Source: Octopus sinensis (Eukaryota). Taken from it: a DNA stretch of 64,000 bases. Below, in pieces: positions 13,030 through 25,955 of this stretch. Each line of letters begins with the position of its first letter. The stretch's first letter is position 1. The translations under genes and the position numbers were made by a program. The stretch is taken from contig NW_021831987.1 in assembly GCF_006345805.1 (NCBI RefSeq), positions 94,496-158,495 on the forward strand, given 5' to 3'. Below the pieces are notes generated by a model. That model made no database searches. It was not told where the DNA came from and saw only the letters and a program-made list of their open reading frames with translations.

Positions 13030-15275
13030 ATATATTGATAATTAGGGAAAAGGAAGATTAAAAAATCCTGAGAGACATCAAGAGATCACTCAGTATTAAA
13101 AGAATTCGGTTAACAATATGCAACAATTAGACACTAGTAAATGTAAGTAGAGTACAGATCCCAGGTAAATCCAAATATCCTTTGACAGAATTTCGAAAAA
13201 TTCAGAATATTTTACAACAAAAGATGAATGATATAGGCGCAGGAGTGGGTGTGTGGTAAGAAGCTTGCTTCCCAACCACGTGATTATCGGTCAATAACAT
13301 TGACTGATTTCCAACAAAGGAAGCTTCACTTCCTGGTCAGCTCAGAGTTGCCTCTCTTGATATCTAAGGCCAAAGAGAACTGACGAATTCGAAATGCATC
13401 CATCAGTCCAAAAGAGGGGGCTCTGAGCTGACTCTGGAGAAATATTTTTCTCCGCGACAGACTATAGCGAAAAGCATTTACAAGTTCAAATATCTCACAC
13501 ATACATTTGAACTGGTCTTAAATTTCTATAAAGTTCGTTAATGTAAGTTAAATTTTAAAAGAATTTATAGTGTAAACTTTGGTATTAAGCTCTTTTGAGA
13601 CACGATGTGTCATGCTATCGTTATTTCATGTATGAATTACTTTATTTTATCAACTTTGTATATATACAGCAATTTTGTATATATGCAGTTAAAGCAAAAC
13701 AATAAAGTAGGAGATAGTAATATGTAGGGAATATGAAGGATAGAGGACTCTGATAAAGAATGAAGATGAAGTGTGATGGGGTGAGGAGAGCGACAGGAAC
13801 TTAATCCAAGTGTTTGTTGTTCGTAATGCTAACAGAAAATCAGTTCTGATTGTCCAGATATAAGATCAAAAGACATTTAGACCATGTGGTACCCAACACT
13901 TTTTGCAGACATATTGTACTTTGGACATATGGTACTAAGATGTACCATATTTTTGCAGACATATGGTACAAAGATGTAAAGGCTGAAATTGAAGAATAGC
14001 CTGTCACGTGTATCAGGTCACATGTAGAAGATCGACCGAGCAAATAGGATCTCCCTTTTTGGTACCAAATGGTAGAAACTGTTGGAGATTTTATATTTTA
14101 TGGCTGTAAACATTGTTAAATTCCAGAAAAAATTTAACGATTCCTCAGGGATGTAAAGCAAAGTTGACTCTGGTGAGATTTGAACCCAGATAATAAAGAA
14201 AGGATACTAAATACCGTAAGGCATTGAATTCGTTTCTGCTAAACAGGAAAAATTGGATCCACTTTTAGGAAACCTATAGTCTGCGATAACCGGTCACGAT
14301 TTCTGAAAATTTGATTCCTTTCATTTGCAGATTAAAATACAAATTTTACTTCCCAGAACGCCTCTCACGAACAAATGATTTAGCATTTAAAAACGATATA
14401 CATTCTCGTAAAGAATGGTTAGAATTGAAAGGGCGGAAGTTCTTGAATTCAGAACAGCTCTCTTGAGGTTAACATTTCGTCATTCTATCTGCGAATGAAA
14501 CACATTAAACTGATGTTACCAGCTGCCTTGTCACAGCAATTTCTCAAATCTCTTTATCTTGCAGTTACTCGCTCTGATAACGAGTTGCGTAAATCAAAAT
14601 TATAGATCTATATACTCTACCTATCTCCTGACTATCAAGAACACGTTATCACGTAGGAGAGAGAGAGTGAGACACGCTTTGTAAGCTTTAAAGATTGCAA
14701 ATCTACAGATCAACATGAATTACTAGAAAACAACACAATATCCTGATAACCTCACTGGTCTCCACCTACCCACTTAAGTCGCTATCAGTATTATATTTCT
14801 TTGAAAAGAATAGAGTAGAATAGAATAGGTGTAGGATACTTGGTATAGTGTACCCGAAATACACGAAAATAGAAGAGAAATACACCGATGCAATTGCGAT
14901 GTTTTCTATTATTAGAAAATGTCTCCTAAATATCGTAGCTGTGTACAATAATGTAGGTTTTATGTTCGTACGTATTTCGATGATAATTATTTCATCTCTT
15001 TATCCATCTCCTATCCAACACGATCACAAATAGGATGCTGTGTAAGCATCTGAAAGATTCTGCAGATTAAGTATTGTTTCACACCAGGGATCTCGTCTGT
15101 TTCCCATGATAAGGGGCTTCAGAACAAGAGGAGAGAAGTGCTGCATTGCTTTGATGTTCTCGCTTAACTGATCTTTGACCACGCCCCTTTATATATATAT
15201 ATATATACAGGCATACATACATATACATATATACACAAGCACATACACATATGCACACACTCACACACACACACG

Positions 15276-15328
<53 letters not shown>

Positions 15329-15437
15329 TATATATACGTTTATATATATATATATATATGTATGTATTTACATACATGTTCATATAAATATATTCATATA
15401 TATTTATACACACACACATATATTTACGTATGCATGC

Positions 15438-15473
<36 letters not shown>

Positions 15474-15525
15474 TAGATATATAGAGACAGATAGATAGAT
15501 AGATACATACATACATACATACATA

Positions 15526-15760
15526 CTTATTTCTTTATTACCCACAAGGGTCTAAACATAGAGGGGACAAACATGGACAGACATAGGTATTAAGTCGATT
15601 ATATCGACCCCAGTGCTTAACTGGTACTTAATTTATCGACCCCGAAAGGATGAAAGGCAAAGTCGACCTCGGCGGAATTTGAACTCACAACGTAACGGCA
15701 GCCGAAATACCGCTAAGCATTTCGCCTGACGTGCTAACGATTCTGCTAGCTCGCCGCCTT
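15526..15760 (-). mobile_element. SINE family A inserted in a (TACA)n/(GATA)n array
   Basis: Full reverse-complement copy with tetranucleotide repeats on both sides. Confidence 0.9.
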
Positions 15761-15839
15761 ACATACATATATACATACATACATACATACATACGTACAT
15801 ACATACATACATACATACGTACATACGTACATACATACA

Positions 15840-15871
<32 letters not shown>

Positions 15872-16027
15872 GTTATTTCTCTTCATATATATATATATTT
15901 CGTTTTTGGATTTGGTTTGCAAGATTCTTTATGTGAGGTTGTGTCTGGAGAGAATCATTCTCTTTTATTGCCTTATTATTTAACACACTCACCTGTAAAA
16001 TTTCCACTTATTTCTTATTTTTATTTT

Positions 16028-16064
16028 CTAAAATTTTCGTTGCGTCTTGCAACTTTTTCAATAG
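16028..16064 (-). ncRNA. Degenerate minimal hammerhead-like motif
   Basis: cta-TTGAAAA-a-GTTGC aagac GCAAC-GAAAATTT-tag: stem II and GAAA intact, CUGANGA box mutated. Confidence 0.3.
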
Positions 16065-17002
16065 TTTTGACTCTGTCCGTTATTTACACTGCGTTCCCTT
16101 TTGTTTCCCTTTTGTTTCCCGTTATTTACACGACGTTCCCTTTTGTTCCTTTTTGTTTGAAATGGCAATAAAACAACAGTAGAATGAAAAAGTTTATTTT
16201 ATGTAAAGTAAAAAGCATGTCAAGATAATAAGAAATTATTATTATTATTATTGTTTTCTGAATCCCTTTCACTCGCATTAGATTCGCGCTCACCATCACT
16301 TGAGACGCGATTGTCGATTCACAAGCACTCGTAAACGGACTCGTAGATTTCTTTTTAAAATCCAGTCTAGAGTTGTTTACATAGAAAAAGCAATTTTTCG
16401 CTCTCTATACTTTCCTCAGTATCGCGCAGAACCATTTGTTATGGTAGTAGAAACTTTTGCATTTCGTTCGATATTTGGATTTTGTGCTTGAAAAAGTAAA
16501 ACTCGTAAACCGGGGGTCTCGTAAAGCGGATCGTCGTGAGTTATTACTGTATACATAGCAACACTGCATAAACACAAATGCACATTCACGAGTTTATTGC
16601 ATTAAAAGTTGACAGTCTAACCTAGATCCAGATTTTTTAAAACTGCTTCACATATCCAATAGAAGGGTCCTCACGGGATTTTTTCATAGCACTGAAGTAA
16701 ATCTTGGTTTAGATGCAAAATCCGAGTCAAATGAGAAGAGTACTTATGCTTTCATTTAGAATTTAGATATTGAAAACTGTCATAGACGGGGTTTTATCTC
16801 GCTAATCTTAAACGGAATGACCACATTTGATGGTCAGCTGATTTTCCTAACAATACGTATATGACTTTTGTTTTCTGTTCCAAACAACTCTGTCCAGTTT
16901 GGTATGTTTACATTTTATGGAAGTTTTCACTGGAATGTTCCAACAATAATTCTTCTGTTGGAATGTAATTCAACGTCAGAAATAACTTTTATTGTATAAA
17001 TA

Positions 17003-17490
17003 CAGTGTGTGTGTATGTGTGTGTGTATGTATGTATGTATGTATGTATGTATGTGTGTGTATGTATGTATGTGTGTATGTGTGTGTATGTGTGCATGTAT
17101 GTATGTGTGTATGTATGTGTATGTATGTATGTATGTGTGTGTATGTATGAGTGTGTATATGTGTGTACGTACGTGTATATGTATGTGTATGTGTGTAAGT
17201 GTGCATGTGTGTATATGTGTGTGTATGTATGTGTATGTGTGTGATTGTATATGTGTGACTGTATGTGTGTGTATGTATATGTGAGTATGAGTAAGTATAC
17301 GTGTTTGTGTAAGTGTGGGGATCTATATATGTATGTGTATGTACGTGTGTGTATGTATGTGTATGTGTGTGTGCATGTATGTGTGTGCGTGTCCATCACC
17401 TCTAACAAGTCTGTCAATCTACCCACCTTAAACATGTGTGTGTATGTATGTATGCATGTATGCATATGTGTATGTATTTATGTACTTATG
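17003..17490. repeat. Long compound (TG)n/(TATG)n microsatellite
   Basis: Directly visible; source of many spurious CVYV/HTYI ORFs. Confidence 0.95.
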
Positions 17491-17811
17491 TATGTCATGT
17501 TCAGCTTTATTTCAAGATTTCTTGCCAATATAGAAAGACACGGTTTCCATCCTTGATCCAAGGCTGCTTAATTGGAATTTCAACATCAACAACAGGATAT
17601 TTTTGTGTGTATGTATTTTTGTATGTATGTGTATGTATGTATGTATGTATGTATGTATGTATGTATGTATGTATTTTTGTATGTATGTATGTATGTATGT
17701 ATGTATGTATGTGGTTCACCCTACTGGGTATCCAGATAGCACCTTAGTCACCAAAGAGGCTTCGTCATTTTATCGTTACATAAATAGACACCCACACACA
17801 CATAAGTATGT

Positions 17812-18112
17812 ATTTTATTCTTTTATTTTTTTATTTGCTTTAGTCATTTGACTGCGTTCATGCTGGAGCACCGCCTTAAGTCGAACAAATCGATCCCAGG
17901 ACTTATTCCTTGTAAGTCTAGTGCTTATTCTATCGGTCGCTTTTACCGAACCACTAGATAACGGGGACGTAGACACACCACCATCGGTTGTCAAGCGATG
18001 GTAGGGGGACAAATACAGATACACAAACACATACATACATACATGCATACATACATACATACATACATACATACATACATACATACATACATACATACAT
18101 ACATACATACGT

Positions 18113-18145
<33 letters not shown>

Positions 18146-18292
18146 CGACGGTGTTCTTTTAGTTTCCGTCTACCAAATTCACTCACCGAGGCTATTGTAG
18201 AAAACACTTGCCGAAGGTGCCATGCAGTGGGACTGATTCCAGGAACATGTGGTTCTTAAGCAAGCTTCTTACTACACAGCCACTCCTGCGCC
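17812..18292 (-). mobile_element. SINE family B with internal (TACA)n(CA)n
   Basis: Both arms intact around the microsatellite. Confidence 0.88.
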
Positions 18293-18456
18293 TATATATT
18301 ATATATTATAAACAAACTTTAGAGGCGTCGAATGTGTGTGGTATAATACAGACAAGAAATTAAGTTTCGAACGCAGTATAACTATGGAAACGGTAGAAAG
18401 ATTAGATAAATACCCTTAGAAAACAGAACAAAAAGTTCCCAGAAGATGGCTACAGA

Positions 18457-18629
18457 CAGGGCCGGCCACCAAGAGTTGCTGAAGCCCAGAGAAAGCTGAA
18501 CTTCGGCGCCCTTACAAGTATAAACTTGTTTTTAAACTTTCACAAGGAGAAAAACTGAAAGTGTAGACTAAAAAGCAAATGGCGCCCCGAGGTGACTGCC
18601 TGAGTTGCTGGTACTTTGAGCCGTCACTG
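18457..18629. mobile_element. hAT-like MITE inserted in a tRNA-like SINE head
   Basis: Imperfect TIRs cagggccggc / gccgtcactg; 8-bp flanks gctacaga and actacagg (6 of 8 match); tRNA-like A and B boxes at 18630-18695 on the minus strand. Confidence 0.55.
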
Positions 18630-18805
18630 ACTACAGGAGTCGAACCCGTACCCTCAGATGCCGGCTAAGCTCTCAACCATTGAGCTAAATGCTGCTGTTT
18701 TACAGCTATACTGAGTTCGAAATTTACTTTCTTTTCTGTAAAAATATATGTGTGTGTGTATGTGTTGTGTGCGTGTGTGTGCGTGTATGTGTATGTATAT
18801 GTTTG

Positions 18806-18837
<32 letters not shown>

Positions 18838-18842
18838 CATAC

Positions 18843-19034
18843 AAGCGTGACTGTGTGGTAAGAAGCTTACTTCCCATCCAAATGGCTCCGGATTCAGTCC
18901 AACAGCGTGGCACTTGGACCATGTGCCTTTTACTATAGTCTCGGGCCGGCCAAAACCTTGTGGGTGGATTTGGTAGATGGAAAGCCCGTTGCATATATAT
19001 GTATGTATATATATATATATTATATATATATATA

Positions 19035-19082
<48 letters not shown>

Positions 19083-19315
19083 TGTGAGTGTGTGTGTATG
19101 TGTATGTGTGTGTCTGTGTTTCTACCCACCACTATCGCTTGACAACTAATGTTGGTGTGTTTACGTCTAGTAACTTAGCGGTTTGGCCAAAGAAACCGAT
19201 AGAATAAGTACTAGGCTTACAAAGAATAAGTCCTGAGGTCCATTTGTTCGACTAAAGGCGGTGTTCAAGCATAGCCGCAGTCAAGCGACTGAAACAAGTA
19301 AAAGAATAAAAGAAT
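18843..19315 (+). mobile_element. SINE family B with internal (TA)n(TG)n
   Basis: gtgactgtgtggtaagaagctt head through gactgaaacaagtaaaagaataaaa tail. Confidence 0.88.
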
Positions 19316-19337
19316 TCACACACACACACACACACAC

Positions 19338-19440
<103 letters not shown>

Positions 19441-19571
19441 TCAGCAAAAATTTAGATTCAGATGAATATGGTACTTAAGTTGAGGCACCAGAATTTAGTA
19501 CGGTATTATCCATACAATTTCAAAATAAGGTGATTAGAATCAAAATAAGCAACAAGGATATCCAGAGATAA

Positions 19572-19657
19572 TGCAGTACGATCGTTTCACGCAAATCCAT
19601 TTAATTGAACAATGAAACCATTACATCAATTTAAATGCAGAGCAATCCTCAGCTGCA
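19572..19657 (-). ncRNA. Type I hammerhead ribozyme motif (Penelope-like-element type) with long stem II
   Basis: Minus strand tgcag-CTGAGGA-[ttgc..catttaaattga..tcaattaaatg..gcgt]-GAAACgatcGTA-ctgca: perfect 5-bp stem I, intact core, palindromic stem III ACGATCGT, GUA cleavage triplet. Confidence 0.75.
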
Positions 19658-20181
19658 CAAAGACATAGAATTTAATTAAATTAAAACAGATGGACACACT
19701 AGTATAATTTTGCCTAAAGGAGATAGACAAAGAACATGCCGCCTTTCATTCTACTTAGAAGCTACTAAGGAATCAGGAAGAAAGACTTGTTACAGATTTT
19801 GCTCGTCACTGTTATATGGGGTCAGTTTTAAGTTTAGACTAGCTTTATTAAATCCTTGTATATCTAAGACCGAGTCTGTTAGGAGTAAGATTGAGGGAAT
19901 CGACAGATATCATAGTGGGTATAGTCATAAAAATCAAGGTTTGTTTGAAGTAATATCATGAGAATTGGTAAAGGAAAACTTAAATCAAGATGCTAGCTGA
20001 TAATTAAGGGGCTGGCCACTAGCAGACCATTGATAATGAAAACCAGCGGTTTGGGATATATGTATATATATGTGTGTGTGTATGTGTGTGTGTGTTGTGT
20101 GTGGTGTGTGTGGTGTGTGTGTGTGCGTGCGCGTGTGTGTGTGTGTGTAAATGTAATATGTGACAATTATTCGGTAGCCAA

Positions 20182-20242
20182 GATGAAACTCCGAGTTTCG
20201 GATGCCGAGGTGAAAATCCACGCCATCATCTCTTCAGTTATC
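20182..20242 (-). ncRNA. Type I hammerhead ribozyme motif
   Basis: Minus strand gataa-CTGAAGA-gatg..gtggattttcac..catcc-GAAACTCgGAGTT-tcatc: intact core, stem III ACTC/GAGT, GUU triplet, stem I with one mismatch. Confidence 0.6.
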
Positions 20243-20557
20243 CGGCCATCGGAAAAAACGCTATGAAAAAGACCGTTATACAAAGGGAAATGACTGTGTT
20301 ATTGACCGCTATTAAGACAAAAGAGCTATTCGAATGACCGCTAAGTAAGGTAAGAGGGTAAAAAGTTCATAGTATTCGCCTGTTCATACCTACACATGTG
20401 CGCCCGCACACCCACGTGCGTACGCATACGTTCATCCACCCTCACTTGAAAAACGTACACATACTCACTCGCATCCTTCGCCAAATGTATATGCATATAC
20501 ATACAAACCCCTACACACACGCGCGTACCGTAAAAGTTCATACACACGTTTTTATTA

Positions 20558-20633
<76 letters not shown>

Positions 20634-21227
20634 TAGGCAATGAGTGATACGAGAGGGTTTGCATGTATTTTCAATACGTAGGCTATTGACTTCATATTTT
20701 TACAAGTGCAACAGAAAATAAATAAATGTTGACATTTTCAAAGAGAAGAATTGAATGCAACAAGTTGTACTGGGTCACGTGTCACAAAGATCCGTTAAAG
20801 GGCGAATAAGATCATGTCCTTCGACGGACATCGAATTAAAACCAGCAAGAGTGAGTCTGATGTAAAACTTGCGGTTTCATGCTAGTACACGTCACACTGC
20901 TTCGGTTTGTCACGAGTTATTAATCACAAAGCTTCGCAGATTTTGTCGATTCGGTGTTGTACATGCGTCCATCGCTATAACGCAATGACGTGCAGATGTC
21001 TTTTTATGGTGACCTCATTTGTCATTCTGTCTAATGTAAGTCCTATGGCGATGGATGAGTGGTGTCCTGTGCAGACCTAATCAGCTGGAAGCGCAGGGTT
21101 ATGCAGCACTGCAGCGGGTTTGGATAATCAACTAAAAGGTCATGAACGGCAAGTCAGAAGTTCCATTGAGAAACATGGAGAAAGAGATGGAAATCATGTT
21201 CAAAGCTGGAGCAATCATCATGTGTTC

Positions 21228-21419
21228 TTATTTTTACTTGCTTCAGTTATTTGAATGCGGCCATGCTGGAGCACCACCTTTAGTCAAACAAATCGACCCC
21301 AGCACTTATTCTTTGTAAGCCTAGTACTTATTCTATCGTTTTTTTTTGGCAAACCGCTAAGTTACGGGGATGTAAACACACCAACATCGGTTGAGAAGTG
21401 ATGATGGGGACAAACACAG

Positions 21420-21508
<89 letters not shown>

Positions 21509-21687
21509 ATATATATATACGACGACGGGGTTCTTTCAGTTTCTCTCTACCAAAATCCTCTCACAAGGTTTCGTTCGGCCCGAATCTACAGTAGAAGACA
21601 CTTGCTTAAGGTGCCACGCAGTGGGATTGAACCCGGAACTATGTAGTTGGGAAGCAAGCTTCTTACCACACAGCCACGCCTGCGCCT
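21228..21687 (-). mobile_element. SINE family B with internal (CA)n(TA)n
   Basis: Both arms intact. Confidence 0.88.
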
Positions 21688-22168
21688 ATATATGTGTGAT
21701 TTTTCTTTGCATTTTATCAAGTTCTTTTTCAAGTCTTGCGTGAACAAAACGACAAGACTTCTTCAGTTAAGAGGGTTCCCGGTATTTGTAAATAAGTGGT
21801 TGAGTTGGGGTGCATCTATTCACCTAAAGAATTTCAGATGGAGAATCTTTGAAATGTCTTACAGATCTTCACTGTGCCGCTAAATTGGATTGGGAAAATC
21901 CGCGTCATGTATGTATGTATGTATGTATGTATGTATGTGTGTGTGTATGTATGTATGTATGTATGTATGTATGTATGTATGTATGTATGTATGTATGTAT
22001 GCATGCATGTATATGTGTATGTATGCGTGGCCATGTGATTGTGATAAAATGAGAGGGAGGATAGGAAAGCAAGGAGAGAGAAGGAAGGAGAGAGACAGAG
22101 AGAGAGAGAAGACAGACAGACAGACAAACAGAGAAGTGTTGAACGTAGCTCTAATAGCTAAATCCAAT

Positions 22169-22260
22169 TTCACATGTGTCTGTATTCACATGTGATGTTT
22201 CCCTATTCACATGTGGGTTTATTGCATTCACATGTGACGGCGCAATTATATTCACACGCG
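22169..22260. repeat. Cluster of four TTCACATGTG motifs plus one variant
   Basis: CACATGTG at 22171, 22187, 22208 and 22229; ttcacacgcg at 22251; spacers unrelated. Confidence 0.8.
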
Positions 22261-22474
22261 ACATTATTCTAACCTCGTCACATAACATCCACTTATATGC
22301 CGCCATCTTATTCTGATGGTGTCGTAACTTCTCAAGTACTTCGTGTTTTTGTTAGATACTTTACCACCGCGTGTGAGTGTGGGTGGGTTTCTGATTGTGC
22401 CTATTTATATGAACCTATCTGTGTGCGTGTGTATATATATATGTGTGTGTGTGTCACTATGTATGTGCGTGCAG

Positions 22475-22532
<58 letters not shown>

Positions 22533-23160
22533 GTCATTTTATGTTTGTTAGTGTGAATCAACGTCAATGATTTCTATGACAAATGGCCTCTCTTACATAT
22601 CACCACCTGCTCATTGCAAACGCACACATATACTCGTGTACACATACATGCAGACGCATACATACGCAGACATGCATGCACGTACGCACAAGGAACATAA
22701 AGATGTCACCTAGTCACGTATATTTGCTTAAAACCATGTATTAATACGTATACATACATATATATGTATGTATGTATGTATATATGTATGTATATATATA
22801 TATGCATATACATATATACATATATATAAATACAATATTTATATATATGTTTATATATATGTATGTGTGTGTATACATGCACTTAGGCAATATATTAGTA
22901 TATATATATATATACTAATATATACTAATATACACTAATACGTGTGCATATATATATATATATGTATGCACTCGTGTAAAAATATGTTCATGTGTAGATG
23001 TGTATAAATGCTCATATATATGCAATCTAAAAAGACATAATTTACTAAGCATGTATATACATAAATACGCTCACACACACACCACACACACATACACACA
23101 CATATATATGCATGAATTTTATATATATACATATATAAATATACAAATGTATGTATGTAT

Positions 23161-23189
23161 ATAGATAGAGAGAGAAAGAGATAGATAAG

Positions 23190-23280
<91 letters not shown>
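23161..23280. repeat. (GATA)n microsatellite, no LINE inserted
   Basis: Directly visible. Confidence 0.95.
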
Positions 23281-23347
23281 TGATATTGTGTGTACGTGTA
23301 GGAATGGATATTCCTAAGTGTATGTATGCATACGTAAATTTTATATA

Positions 23348-23410
<63 letters not shown>

Positions 23411-23889
23411 GTGTGTCTTTGTATACACAAATATATGTATGTGTGTGTGTGTGTGTACACTACATATGTTTGATTTCTATCTCTGTTCTTCTTCTTCTCG
23501 ACTCTTCGAACCTCCTGCTGTTGAAATGCAAGCCCTTAAGTATTCGAGACTAAGGCGTTGTCTTGATTAACCTTCAACTCCCACGGTACCCAGACGTTCG
23601 TTTTTTTCTTGTGTTCTTGACAACTACTTATTCCAGCTTCCACTTTTCAATTACCAAGACACTTAAGCTCTTTCAAACGCTTATGACAGGATCTGACTTA
23701 CGTATCGGAACAATGTTCTGGCCACATCGATGAAAAAAAAAAATTAAGAATCACGCTCGCTAGGGCCTCTTAATTCGAAAGAGCTTACAACATTTTAATT
23801 TCCCTGTGTGTGTGTGATTGTATGTATTTCTCTGTATATATGTAAGTGTATGTACCTCTGTGCGTGTCTTTATATGTGAGCATGTGTGG

Positions 23890-24080
23890 CCCGAAAGTTT
23901 GCGGGGGGGCAGTTGATTACATCGAAATCAGTACGCAACTGGTACTTAATTTATCGACCCCGAAAGGATGAAAAGCAAAATAAAAAACAAAGATGCTCTC
24001 GGCGGAATTTGAACTCAGAACATAAAGACAACTAAGCATTTCGCCCGGAATGTTAATGTTTCTGCCAGCTCGCTGCCTCA
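23890..24080 (-). mobile_element. SINE family A variant
   Basis: actggtacttaatttatcgaccccgaaaggatgaaa...ggcggaatttgaactcagaac...tctgccagctcgc. Confidence 0.8.
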
Positions 24081-24238
24081 GTTCTTCGTATTCTATTACA
24101 GTACAAGTTTATATTTGTGACTACCGACGTTAATAAATTAAGGCCACTTTTCTTCATCAGCTTTCAACTTCTTCAACACCCAATTGCATTTGACTTTTAT
24201 AATTACATTATATTAGCTTTTATTTCTTTATTATCATA

Positions 24239-25546
24239 TCTATATCTATAAAAGAGTCCTTGGACGAAAATTGTATGCACATTTTGCTTTGACGGTTAAT
24301 GGCGGAAATTGTATGCTAGGATCGAGCTGAAAATTGGCAGGGATATTAAATGCGTGGTTAGGATGAGACATGCGATGGTTAAAATTCGCAAGCTATAAAG
24401 ATGTGGTTGCTATGGCAAAAAGAGTGATTTTTATCGATTCAAGGGGGCTGAGAGCGCCTCTAGGTTTGTGCGATTGGCTTTTAATGCCCAGCAGCATGCA
24501 GTGCAGGCTGTTGTGCTTAATAAACATACATTTTGTCGCGAAATTCCGGCTACTAGGAAACGATTTGTCATTGTGAAAAAATGGGTGCTTTTTGCCCTCA
24601 TTTTCTTTTTAATCTTTTTATAAAAGTGAAAGGATTTGGCCTATTTATTTCCGCTGTCCACTTACGATGGTGATTCAGTTGACTACGAAAACTATGCGTG
24701 ATGAATATCCAATACCAAACTATCTTAATCTACATATTGAAACTGCATTAAACTTTGGCAAGCTTACCTTTACCTATTCTGAGTTACTTGAAAGGTGATT
24801 TTCCCTTCCCTCTCTTCTGATTGTTGATACTTTTTTTTTTAAACTTTGATACCGTTGTTTCACTTTAAGGATGCTTCTTTACCCAGGCATTATGATATTT
24901 CGACTGCTGTCCATTGTTTCAAATAGATTTTAGCATTGTCATTCTAGCCTTTTTTAAACACTCACATATGATTCGTCCCAAAGAATCAACCTTTAAATAA
25001 GAGTTTTGCTTCCACTAGCGAAAGCTATACGTATCTTTCAGGAAGCTCCATACCAATTTAACTTTATGCAGCATTCGCTGTTAGTTTATGTGCACACTAT
25101 GTGGGAAGATAGAATAAAGGGGATTTTGTTAGCTTTTTTTTCCGAAAAAATAGCTCCCTTTGCTGTTGGAAAAAATAAACTCGCAGAGGGAAAGTTTCAA
25201 CATCTTCCTTCAACTTCCTTACACCATTTATGTGTCTGTTTCTGACAAGAAATTTCATTTTCATGTAAAACAACTATATTTTGTAGTCATTATCTGTAAT
25301 CTACTCCCAAAACATTTCAGTAGCTCTGCTTTATATCGCTTGCAAACTTACATGTTCTATGATAATCAAAGTGCAACGACCTCCACAATAACCAACTTTC
25401 AGTTTGATTTTCCGTTCCTAGATTAATCGGAAACAGATTGTCATGCTTCTCGCCATTACCTTGTGCTTCTCGGTAGTTCAATTATTTGGTGAAAAAAATA
25501 CCACGAAAGCAACTTAAACCGTCCAAAGGACAGGTGCGTTTGCTAG
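24239..25546 (+). mobile_element. Probable non-autonomous Helitron
   Basis: Begins a|TCTATATCTATAAAAG and ends ccgtcc-aaa-ggacagg-tgcgtttg-CTAG|t: 5'-TC, subterminal hairpin, 3'-CTAG, A|T insertion site, no TSD. No RepHel ORF. Confidence 0.62.
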
Positions 25547-25714
25547 TAAATAATAATTTTCAAAAACTGTTCGCGGATGACCTATTCCTAGCGATTAAAT
25601 AAATACATGAAATTCAGAAGAAATGATAGTCAATTTTAGTAACACCATAACAGTTTGATTGCTTCAAATTTTGGCACAAAAATTCTAAATTTAGGGGGAA
25701 GGAATAGATGATTA

Positions 25715-25955
25715 CAGTAATCTTTGGCCATATCACGGTTCGCCCATTGCGGTTCACCTATCGCGGTTTATTATCTAAGCTTTCGTCGATTCCTCTGTGG
25801 TGTTGTTTTGAATTTATAATAAAATAAATATATACAAATTATGAAAATAATTTTTTAAAATATACAGTACAGTACTGCTTGTACGTCGTGGATTTTCACC
25901 TATCGTTGGGGTTGGGGGTTGGAACGTAACACCCACGATAGTCGAGGGATTACTG
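25715..25955. mobile_element. pogo/Tigger-like MITE nested in a SINE A remnant
   Basis: TA|cagtaatctttggccatatcacgg...cccacgatagtcgagggattactg|TA. Removing it restores gatta-catcga of the flanking SINE (about 25690-26110, minus strand). Confidence 0.75.

Noticed and set aside
18630-18695. tRNA-like sequence (also 42797-42878 and 59690-59765)
   Set aside because: A and B boxes are present, but no complete cloverleaf; they continue into SINE bodies.
20780-21220. Unique, GC-richer stretch considered as the next vg exon
   Set aside because: No VGLL-like FP.SFW motif or clean minus-strand frame seen; may be a very old LINE remnant.
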